A DNA stretch of 64,000 bases from assembly GCA_963555985.3 (NCBI GenBank), contig OY820591.1, positions 608,001 to 672,000 of the forward strand, written 5' to 3'. The notes beneath the pieces were generated by a model. The model was given only the letters and a program-made list of their open reading frames with translations, did no database searches and had not been told where the DNA came from. Below are positions 54,760-62,914 of this stretch, in pieces. Source of the DNA: Dehalococcoidia bacterium. GTDB lineage: Bacteria > Chloroflexota > Dehalococcoidia > Bin125. Position numbers and translations under genes: made by a program. Positions within the stretch are counted from its first letter, which is position 1, and each line of letters starts with the position of its first letter.

Positions 54760-56328
54760 ATGGTCTGGGAACCCGAAGTCGAAGAACTGCGCCATCGCAC
54801 CGAACTCTCCGCACGCGGAGGCACACCCGACCGCATCGCCCGACAGCACCGACTCGGACGCCTCACCGTCCGCGAACGCATCGAGAACCTGCTCGATCCC
54901 GGTTCCTTCCACGAAGTCGGAGCGCTCGCCGGCCTGGGCGAGTACGAAGACGGCGAATTGGCCAACTTCACCCCCGCCTCCTACGTCATGGGCCTCGGCA
55001 AAATCGACGGCCGCACCGTCGCCGTCGGCGGCGAGGACTTCACCATCCAGGGCGGCTCCGCGCTCTTCCCCATGCAGCGCTCCAAAGGCGGACTCGGCGG
55101 ATTCTGCGAAGAGTTGGCGGTCGAATACCGCGTACCCCTGATCCTCCTGATCGACGGCGCCGGCGCCAACGTCGGCGCGACCAAGAAGATGGGCACGACC
55201 TATCTCCCCAACGGCGGTACCAACTTCGTCACCTCAATTGAGGCGATGCGCAACGTGCCCGTGCTGGCGGGCGTCCTGGGCGCAATCGCCGGCGGCCCCT
55301 CCGGTCGCGCCATGATGGTCCACTGGAGCGTGATGACCAAAGGCCGCTCCGCCATGTTCGCCGCCGGCCCGCCGGTCGTGAAGCGCGGCATCGGACACGA
55401 CGTCACCAACGAGTCGCTGGGCGGATCGCAGGTCCACGTCCACACCTCGGGCTGCATCGACAACGAAGCCGAAGACGAACCCGACGCCTTCCGCCAAATC
55501 CGCACGATGCTCTCCTACCTGCCCGACAACGTGAACGAACTCCCGCCCGCCGCGCCCGCCCTCGACGCCCCCGAAGGCGCGGGCGAGCAGCTGATCGACC
55601 TCGTCCCCCGCAACACCCGCCGCCCCTACTCGATGTACAAGCTGATCCGCTCCGTCGTCGACGGCGGCGAGTTCTTCGAGATCAAACCCCATTGGGGCAC
55701 AGCCGTAATCACCGCCTTCGCCCGCATCGACGGACTCCCCATCGGCATCGTCGCCAACAACCCGCTCAAGAACGGCGGCGCGCTCGATCGCGACGGCTCT
55801 GACAAGCAGACTCACTTCCTCGAGCTCTGCAACTACTTCCACATCCCCATCGTCTACCTGGTCGACGTGCCCGGCTTCATGATCGGCGAGCAGGCCGAGC
55901 GCGAGGGCACCCTCCGCTCCGGCATGAGAGCCGTCTGGGTCGGCCTCCAGGCGACCGTGCCGCAACTCACCATCGTGATCCGCAAGTGCTACGGCATGGC
56001 CGGCATGGCCACCGGCAACCCCCGCCGCCTCAACTACCGCCTCGGCTGGCCCTCGGGCGAGTGGGGCAGCATCCCCATCGAAGGCGGCGTCGACGCCGCC
56101 TACCGCCGCGAAATCGCCAACGCCCCCGACCCCGCCGCCAAGCGAGACGAAATCGAAGCCGACCTCCGCAAGCTCCGCAACGTCTTCCGAACCGCCGAAA
56201 CCTTCGGCATCGAAGAAATCATCGACCCCCGCCAAACCCGAACCTACCTCCAACAATTCGTCGAACGAGCCTACAAAGTCCTCCCCTACGAACTCGAATC
56301 CAAACCCCTCCACGGAGTCCGCCCCTAA
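54760..56328 (+). CDS. Acyl-CoA carboxylase carboxyltransferase (beta) subunit
   Basis: GRLTVRERI, DFTIQGGS, AGPPVV, LGG..VH, DVPGFMIG. Confidence 0.9.
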   Translation: MVWEPEVEELRHRTELSARGGTPDRIARQHRLGRLTVRERIENLLDPGSFHEVGALAGLGEYEDGELANFTPASYVMGLGKIDGRTVAVGGEDFTIQGGSALFPMQRSKGGLGGFCEELAVEYRVPLILLIDGAGANVGATKKMGTTYLPNGGTNFVTSIEAMRNVPVLAGVLGAIAGGPSGRAMMVHWSVMTKGRSAMFAAGPPVVKRGIGHDVTNESLGGSQVHVHTSGCIDNEAEDEPDAFRQIRTMLSYLPDNVNELPPAAPALDAPEGAGEQLIDLVPRNTRRPYSMYKLIRSVVDGGEFFEIKPHWGTAVITAFARIDGLPIGIVANNPLKNGGALDRDGSDKQTHFLELCNYFHIPIVYLVDVPGFMIGEQAEREGTLRSGMRAVWVGLQATVPQLTIVIRKCYGMAGMATGNPRRLNYRLGWPSGEWGSIPIEGGVDAAYRREIANAPDPAAKRDEIEADLRKLRNVFRTAETFGIEEIIDPRQTRTYLQQFVERAYKVLPYELESKPLHGVRP

Positions 56329-56363
56329 ACCAAGAGCCAACCCCCTCCCCCCTCCCCCTTGAA

Positions 56364-56650
56364 GAGACCTGCGCGTAAATCCCCAATTCCGTCATTCCCG
56401 CGAACGCGGGAATCCATGCAGCGTCTCGAATGGCATCCGGACTCCCGCCTGCGGAGACCGTTGCGAAATCCCCACCTCCGTCATCCCCGCCCCAACAAGT
56501 TCCGTCATCCCCGCCCCAACAAACTCCGTCATACCCGCGCCCCGTCGCGGGTATCTCGCCGTGACCAGCACCCAACCCCCAAACCCCACCTCCCCTCTCC
56601 CCCCCTCCGCGGGGGGAGATGTCGCGTAGCGACAGAGGGGGGGACTCCCC
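56364..56650. repeat. Large REP cluster including 24-bp tandem half-units
   Basis: ATTCCCGCGAACGCGGGAAT; TCCGTCAT at 56477, 56501, 56525; CCCTCTCCCCC..GACAGAGGGG unit. Confidence 0.8.
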
Positions 56651-56750
56651 AACCCTCAGTCAACCACGACACACCCCCAAATTACCCACCCGAACACCCA
56701 TCCATATAAGATCAAGTGTCCTTCATTGAGCAAGAGAGGAACCCGGACCC

Positions 56751-57113
56751 ATGCCCTTCAACTACACCTACCAGTCCGCCATGAACGGCGTCGGCGAGCT
56801 CGCCTTCTGCAAGCGCGAACCCGGCTACGTCCGCGCCCAAGCCTTCGCCATCCTGCGCCGCGAACTCTCCCCGGCCAACCCCAAGAGCCGCGAGATCCAC
56901 CACGCGCTCGGCATCGAACCCCACCCCGAGCCCGCGCCCCGCCCCAACCACTCTCACCTGCCCGAAGCGCCGCTCACCCCCGAGCAGCAGAAGGACTTCC
57001 ACCTCAACCCGATCTTCCAAGTCTACGACGAGGTGATGGCGCTCGTGCACGGGGACGACGTCCCCTTCGGCGAAGACGAAGAAAGCACGGAGGAAGAGGA
57101 TGAGCCTCAGTAA
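56751..57113 (+). CDS. Hypothetical 120-aa protein with acidic tail, coupled to terminase
   Basis: RBS-like GAGAGGA, host-like codons, 14-nt overlap with terminase start. Confidence 0.65.
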   Translation: MPFNYTYQSAMNGVGELAFCKREPGYVRAQAFAILRRELSPANPKSREIHHALGIEPHPEPAPRPNHSHLPEAPLTPEQQKDFHLNPIFQVYDEVMALVHGDDVPFGEDEESTEEEDEPQ

Positions 57114-58518
57114 TACCCCTGCCTCGAAGCGGTTGAACCGAGCGTTCGACCGCTTCCACGACGCCCGCGATTTTTTTCCGACGGACAGACAGCGCGAGCT
57201 CTATAGCGCAGTCGCTACCGTGCCTAACCCCGGCCTCGCTCTGGTCGGGTACGGCGGCGCCATGGGCGGCGGCAAGACGCGAGCGCTGGTCGAACTCGCG
57301 ATCGACGCCGCCTTGTTCTACCCGGGCAACGACATCCTGATCGGGCGAGACGCCTACACCAATCTCGCCACCACCACGATGCGCGAGTTTGACCGCCATT
57401 GTCCGTCGGAACTGGTTGTCGCCCGACGACAGAGCCCGACCCATTCCGCCGCCCTGCGAATGCCGCACTGGCCCGACGGGGTCGTCTCCACCGTCCACTT
57501 CCGCCACCTCTCCGACTGGACCGGCCTCGGCTCCCAGCAGTACGGCACCGTGCTGATCGACGAAGCCGGCGAAGTGGCCGAAGAAGCCGCCCAGATGCTG
57601 CTCACTCGCCTCAGACACCCGGCCCAGCCCCAGCGCTGGTTCGTGGCCGCCTCCAACCCCCACCCGGGCTGGTTCGAGCGCTGGTTCGTCCAACGCGAAC
57701 TGAACAAAGCTGAACTGGAGCACGCCGGCGGACAAGCCCGCTTCATCCCCGCCAAGATCGAGGACAACCCCCACCTGCCCGACAACTACGCCGAGCAGCA
57801 GCGCGCCCTGCTCCCGCCCGATTGGGTCGAACGCTTCATCGAAGGCCGCTTCGACGCCTTCGAGGGCCTGGTCTACCCCAAGTTCAACCCCAAACTGCAC
57901 CTCTGGGATAAGCGCCTGCCCAGCTTCGAGCGCTACCTCGGCGGCCTCGACTTCGGCGCTCAGACCGAACAAGCCCACTACACCGCCGGCATCGTCGCCG
58001 GCCTCACTACCCGCTACGCCGTCTGCGGACCCAACGTCTTGATCCGCCTGGCCGAGTTCGAGGACAGAGGCCCCGGCGTCACCCAGCGGCTCGAACAGTG
58101 GATGCTCCAGTGCCGCCGGCGCTTCGGCTCAATCAGTTGGAACGCCGACCGCACACAGTCCGCCTGGATCGATCACCTTCACCGCCGCGGGCGCGACATC
58201 CGCCCCAGCCGGGGCGGGCCCGGCTCCGTCCACCAGGGCATCGGCCTCGTGCAAGAACGCCTTTCGAGCGACCCGCCGACCTCCTTCTACACCCCCGAGC
58301 TCGTCCAGTTCCCGCGCCGCATGAGGGAGTACCAGTGGCGAGACCCCCGCGCCGCCAACCCCCAACCCCGGGACCGCGACGACGACCTCCTCGACGCCGA
58401 CCGCTACTGCCACGAGCTGGCCCAACCCCAACTCGAACCGCCAACCACCCGGATCGAGTTCTTCCACCTCCCGCCGCTCGACCGCGGCCGCATCGCCAGC
58501 ATGAGAAATCAGCTCTAA
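57100..58518 (+). CDS. Phage-type terminase large subunit (orphan)
   Basis: Walker A GYGGAMGGGKT, Walker B VLIDEAGE, coupling ASNP, nuclease GGLDFG and DDDLLDADRY. Confidence 0.85.
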   Translation: MSLSNTPASKRLNRAFDRFHDARDFFPTDRQRELYSAVATVPNPGLALVGYGGAMGGGKTRALVELAIDAALFYPGNDILIGRDAYTNLATTTMREFDRHCPSELVVARRQSPTHSAALRMPHWPDGVVSTVHFRHLSDWTGLGSQQYGTVLIDEAGEVAEEAAQMLLTRLRHPAQPQRWFVAASNPHPGWFERWFVQRELNKAELEHAGGQARFIPAKIEDNPHLPDNYAEQQRALLPPDWVERFIEGRFDAFEGLVYPKFNPKLHLWDKRLPSFERYLGGLDFGAQTEQAHYTAGIVAGLTTRYAVCGPNVLIRLAEFEDRGPGVTQRLEQWMLQCRRRFGSISWNADRTQSAWIDHLHRRGRDIRPSRGGPGSVHQGIGLVQERLSSDPPTSFYTPELVQFPRRMREYQWRDPRAANPQPRDRDDDLLDADRYCHELAQPQLEPPTTRIEFFHLPPLDRGRIASMRNQL

Positions 58519-58537
58519 CCCATGCCCACCCACAATG

Positions 58538-58722
58538 CCGTCATCCCCGCCCCCAAGAATCTCCCCCTCAAGGGGGAGATGCCCCAACGGGGCAGAGGGG
58601 GTGAAACGCCACCCCCAGCACAAACGCCCCCAACCAACCTCCCCTCTCCCCCCCCTCTGCGGAGCCTGTCCCCGCGCACGCGGGGAGGGAGATGCCGCGC
58701 AGGCGGGGGACAGAGGGGGTCC
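58538..58722. repeat. REP cluster downstream of terminase
   Basis: CCGTCATCCCCGCC half-unit and two CTCCCCC..GGGAGATG..CAGAGGGGG units. Confidence 0.75.
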
Positions 58723-58764
58723 GCCCACCCCCACCCCCTACGCTGAACCCAAAAGGAAGCGCCC

Positions 58765-59922
58765 ATGAGCATCGAACTCTCCGAAGCCCAACGCCTGCTC
58801 CGAGACACCGTCCGCGCCTTCGCCAACGACCACATCGACCCCATCGCCGACGACATCGACCGCCACGACCGCTGGCCCGATCACCTCTGGCCGATGCTCG
58901 GCGAACTCGGCCTGCTCGGCGTCACCATCGACGAGCGCTACGGCGGCTCCGACGCCGGACTCCTGGCCGGCGTCATCGCCACCGAGGAAATCGCCCGCGC
59001 CAGCGCCTCCATCGCCCTCTCCTACGGCGCCCACGCCAACCTCTGCGCCAACAACATCCACAGCAACGGCAACGAAGCCCAAAAACAGCGCTACCTGCCC
59101 GGCCTCTGTAGCGGCGAACAGGTCGGCGCGCTCGCTCTCACCGAACCCGAAGCCGGCTCCGACGCCGTCGGCATCCGCACCACCGCCGTCCGCGACGGCG
59201 ACGTCTACCGCCTCAACGGCTCCAAAATGTTCATCACCAACGGCTCCGTCGCCGACACCCTCGTGCTCTACGCCAAAACCGACCCCGACGCCGGCTCGCG
59301 CGGCATCACCGCCTTCATCGTCGAATCCTCCTTCGAAGGCTTCAGCGTCGGCCAACACCTCGACAAGGTCGGACACCGTGGCTCCCCAACCGCCGAACTG
59401 ATCCTCGACGACTGCATCGTCCCCGCCGAAAACATCCTCCGCGCAGAGGGGCGCGGCGCAGGCGTAATGATGCAGGGACTCGCCGTCGAACGCGCCTTCC
59501 TCGCCGGAGAACCCCTCGGCATCGCCCAGGCCGCCCTCGATACCGCCGTCGAATACGCCCGCCAACGACGCCAGTTCGGACAGCGCATCGGCGACTTCCA
59601 ACTCATCCAGGCCATGCTCGCCGACATGTACACCGAACTCGAAGCCGCCCGCTGGCTCGTCTACCGCACCGCCCACATCGTCGAACAAGCCGCCGCTCGC
59701 GGCGAGCGCAGCAACAAAGAAGCCGCCGCCGCCATCCTCTACTCCGCCGAAATGTCCTCCCGCGTCGCCGACAAAGCCGTCCAAATCCACGGCGGCTACG
59801 GCTACATGTCCGAAAGCCGCGTCGCACGCTACGTCAGAGACGCCAAACTCCTCGAAATCGGCGCCGGCACCAGCGAAATCCGACGCCTCCTCATCGGCCG
59901 CGAACTCATCGGCCCAGAGTAA
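58765..59922 (+). CDS. ivd: Isovaleryl-CoA dehydrogenase-like acyl-CoA dehydrogenase
   Basis: LSYGAHANLC, LTEPEAGSD, NGSKMFITNG, RDAKLLEIGAGTSEIRR. Confidence 0.85.
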   Translation: MSIELSEAQRLLRDTVRAFANDHIDPIADDIDRHDRWPDHLWPMLGELGLLGVTIDERYGGSDAGLLAGVIATEEIARASASIALSYGAHANLCANNIHSNGNEAQKQRYLPGLCSGEQVGALALTEPEAGSDAVGIRTTAVRDGDVYRLNGSKMFITNGSVADTLVLYAKTDPDAGSRGITAFIVESSFEGFSVGQHLDKVGHRGSPTAELILDDCIVPAENILRAEGRGAGVMMQGLAVERAFLAGEPLGIAQAALDTAVEYARQRRQFGQRIGDFQLIQAMLADMYTELEAARWLVYRTAHIVEQAAARGERSNKEAAAAILYSAEMSSRVADKAVQIHGGYGYMSESRVARYVRDAKLLEIGAGTSEIRRLLIGRELIGPE

Positions 59923-59954
59923 GAACACGGGGGCAGGCCGCCAGAAAACATCGA

Positions 59955-59983
59955 TTGACAATCGCGAACGAAAACGGCAAGAT
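59955..59983 (+). promoter_or_regulatory. Sigma70-like promoter candidate
   Basis: Perfect TTGACA (59955-59960), 17-bp spacer, CAAGAT as weak -10; no plausible + strand CDS follows. Confidence 0.45.
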
Positions 59984-59984
59984 G

Positions 59985-60120
59985 AGCGACGAGGGCCGAC
60001 GCCTGCGCAGCGGGAATTGGTCCCGTCGCTGGAGGCGGCGAACGCAGGCTCCGTGTCGCGCCGCTGAGACCAAAGGGGCTCGAAGGTCAGCTTCTGCCAT
60101 TGCGGGGGCTGGCCTTCACT
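59985..60120 (+). ncRNA. Candidate structured ncRNA adjacent to DUF3800 gene
   Basis: Three hairpins whose non-Watson-Crick pairs are G-U on the + strand; loops of hairpins 1 and 2 are complementary. Confidence 0.55.
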
Positions 60121-60129
60121 CTCCCACCA

Positions 60130-60858
60130 TCACAGGTTGATCAGGCCCCAGCGACCGTCAAGTCCGTTTGGATCCGGGTGCAGCTTCGAAGAAATGATCC
60201 GCCAGTCTTCATGATCAACCTTGCCGAGTATGTGCCTCCCGATCGGACTCACCACGAGGTCTGCGAGTTCAAGCCCAGCGATGCGATCTCCCTTGTTGTG
60301 GAGCTCGATGCGGGATATTCGTCGCCGAATCGTCAATGCGCGTCGATCCTCTATCCCCTCCTTGCGTATACGCCCCCATTCTCGCTCCAAACCTGCGTCA
60401 AGAACCGGATCTCGACGCTCCACCACGACCCGTCCTCCATGAATACGCGGACCAATCACATCACAGAAGCGATCAATAAGGCGCTGAAAACAAATGTGAT
60501 ACACATCTCCCTGCCATTCTGCGGACATATCTGCTCGGCCGCTCTTGCTCACTGTGCAAGCCAAAACAGTGTATTCAAGACTATGCATCAACCGATTGAG
60601 ATCCTCGAAGGCTTGAGCGCGTCGCCCTGGATGACGCAGTGACCGAAATGCGCCCCGAGCACGAACGAGGTCCGCGCTATGCAGCGTGAAGTCGGTACGC
60701 CCGCAGTGTTCACTCTTGAACTGTCTGATCGCAGCAGCCACCGTCGTTGCCGCGTACTGCTCCTCCATCACCACTCCACCCAGCACAAAAACTGGGTACT
60801 GCGGATCGATCTTGACCAAATTGTGATCCCCCGACTCATCCAGGTAGAGAACGCGCAT
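60130..60858 (-). CDS. DUF3800 domain protein (RNase H-like fold)
   Basis: LYLDESGDH..YPVFVLGG, LHSAD, VVVERR, AGLELADL. Confidence 0.85.
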   Translation of the reverse strand: MRVLYLDESGDHNLVKIDPQYPVFVLGGVVMEEQYAATTVAAAIRQFKSEHCGRTDFTLHSADLVRARGAFRSLRHPGRRAQAFEDLNRLMHSLEYTVLACTVSKSGRADMSAEWQGDVYHICFQRLIDRFCDVIGPRIHGGRVVVERRDPVLDAGLEREWGRIRKEGIEDRRALTIRRRISRIELHNKGDRIAGLELADLVVSPIGRHILGKVDHEDWRIISSKLHPDPNGLDGRWGLINL

Positions 60859-60867
60859 CTGCTGATC

Positions 60868-61395
60868 TCACCCCAGCAAGATCCGAACCCCCTGCTCATA
60901 CCCGTCCAGCGCACGAGCGCACAATTCCTCATCGCTCGCGCTCCCAATCGGATGATCCACCAACGCATACCGAAAATCCGCCAACCCCAGCGTCTTCGCA
61001 ATCATCCGCCCCGTCGGATCAAACGGATGCGTACACAGCACCAGGCTCGGCTTCCCGCTCTGCTCGAAGGTAATCCCGTCATGCACACTGCACGTCGAAC
61101 ACGAGCCTCAATCGCCCACCGCCGTAATCAGAAAGTCAACGTCGTTCGCGATCCGCTCCAACACCTGCGGCTCCGCGATCCGGCTCGCATTCAGCTTGCC
61201 CGTATCGACCACGACTTCGCACTCATGCCGTCGCACAAACTCCTCCGCCGTGAAGCGAAGCAGTCGGTCGGCGTTCACCTTCGCATTCGAGAACAGCCCA
61301 ATCCGCAAACCGCTGAGCGTCTCCAAACGCGGTGCGTGGCGAAAGCCCGTCGCAGCCGGCTCGCCGGTGGGGTCAAAGAGTTCGAGCGGCATCAA
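60868..61395 (-). CDS. UGSC family selenoprotein (TGA at 61110-61108 read as Sec)
   Basis: ORFs 61108-61395 and 60868-61086 are in the same frame; read-through gives AVGD-U-GSCSTCSVHDG; hairpin follows the TGA. Confidence 0.8.
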
Positions 61396-61437
61396 GCATC
61401 CTCTCCCTGGAAATCCGGCAAATCTGACCGGAGAACT

Positions 61438-62511
61438 CTAATCGCAGTCGATGCAAACGCCGATCGCCTTCGTCTGAAAGATCGAACCGCGACCCCGGCT
61501 CCACGACGGCAGAAACGCCGAGTGACCGCCCGCTTCGCCGCCCGCGACTACGATCAGAATGTCCTCCGGGCTGCGCCCGCGATGGAACCGCACCCCGTCC
61601 GCCCGCGTCGGCCCCCGACCGTCAATCGCCGGCGCAAGCCCGTCCTGACCCGCCGCCGACGACCACTTGCCCGCCCGCAGCATCTCCGTCCCGTCCCGCG
61701 CCGCGTGCTCGAACAGGTACTCCTGCACCTCCGCCCGCCCCCAACCGCCGGAGGCCGCAATCGCCGCGTGCTCCGGCGACATCACCACCAGCGATTGCCC
61801 GTCCGTCAAAGCCCCCAGCGAACCCATCGCATCCGCAAACGTGTCCAGCAGCCGCTCCGGATCGCTCGTGTAGTGGTTCTCAACGTTGTAGAAACCCGAA
61901 GCCGCAAACACTGTCACCGTGCTCACCTCCGCAGGAAACCCCAGCGACTCGTGCAACGGCTCCCAAGGGCTATGCAGGATGTTCTCCGCAATGCAAGCGC
62001 TGTACTTCCCCGGCCAGCCCGTCGTCGAACGGTCGGAGACCCCGGGAATCATCTGAAAGATGTTCATGATCACCAGCCGCACCGCCCGCCCAATCGTCGC
62101 GTTCGCCCGATTGCCCGGCCCGAACACGTTCACGCTCGCGTTCATCCCGATCTCATCGCGGATGTCGCCGGAGACCACCAGCACCGGAGCGGAGCCGCCC
62201 GTACTCGCGGTCGAACCGTGGAAGTTGTACTCGTCCTCGGTCAGACCCTCCAGCGCTGCCAGCACCGTCGGAAAATACTGCGGCAGGCAACCAGCCATCA
62301 CCGCGTTGACCGCTGCCGACTGCACGCTGCACTCCCGCCCCGTCGCCGGATGCCGTGCCACGATCTCCTCGGGCGGCCGCCCGGCCGCAGCCAGAAAGCG
62401 TTCGACCCGCTCACGAGCCGGCGGAACCACGGGCAAGCCGTCCGTCCAGCCCTGCTCGTAGCACCAGTCAATCGCGGAAAGTTCGTCGGTCAGCGTGTGT
62501 GTGGTGGTCAT
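61438..62511 (-). CDS. Conserved hypothetical protein typically paired with UGSC proteins
   Basis: GWTDGLPVVPP, AVNAVMAGC, GNRANATIGRA, ENILHSPW. Confidence 0.75.
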   Translation of the reverse strand: MTTTHTLTDELSAIDWCYEQGWTDGLPVVPPARERVERFLAAAGRPPEEIVARHPATGRECSVQSAAVNAVMAGCLPQYFPTVLAALEGLTEDEYNFHGSTASTGGSAPVLVVSGDIRDEIGMNASVNVFGPGNRANATIGRAVRLVIMNIFQMIPGVSDRSTTGWPGKYSACIAENILHSPWEPLHESLGFPAEVSTVTVFAASGFYNVENHYTSDPERLLDTFADAMGSLGALTDGQSLVVMSPEHAAIAASGGWGRAEVQEYLFEHAARDGTEMLRAGKWSSAAGQDGLAPAIDGRGPTRADGVRFHRGRSPEDILIVVAGGEAGGHSAFLPSWSRGRGSIFQTKAIGVCIDCD

Positions 62512-62559
62512 AGCCGCAGTCTAGGGCTTCCTCAAATCCGCCCGAAACGCGAATCCAAA

Positions 62560-62700
62560 CCTCCCCTCTCCCCCCCTCTGCGGGGGGAGATGTCCCGTAG
62601 GGACAGAGGGGGGCTCCTCTCCCTCTGAACAGATGCGATCGCGCGGTAACGGCGATGCCCTTGCCCCTCTGCCTTCGGCGTCTCCCCGCAAGGCAGGGCG
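62560..62700. repeat. REP-like double hairpin plus decayed inverted partner
   Basis: CTCCCCTCTCCCCCCTCTGCGGGGGGAGATGTCCCGTAGGGACAGAGGGGG. Confidence 0.8.
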
Positions 62701-62914
62701 GACTTTCGCAAAGCTCTCCCAATGCGGAGATCACTCGCCGAGCTCGCCGCAGCGGAGCGCCCGGCCCCCGCAGAGACGACGGAGGGCCGGCAAGCCAAGA
62801 GAGTAATCTGCGGGCAACGGAGCTCGCCGGGAGCGGGCGTGAGAGGGATGCGATGAAGGCGAGCGTGCGGTGAGCAGGCGGCCCGGCGCGCGCAGCGGGG
62901 ACTCTCCTGCCGGA

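Noticed and set aside
56477-56545. 24-bp-period repeats resembling a mini CRISPR array
   Set aside because: The intervening bases are near-identical rather than unique spacers, the units are REP half-sites, and there are no cas genes
56751-58518. Prophage call
   Set aside because: No structural, replication, lysis or integrase genes and no att repeats; reported as an orphan terminase instead
60868-61395. Pseudogene or two separate small genes
   Set aside because: A single in-frame TGA in a UxxC context with a downstream hairpin is better explained by selenocysteine
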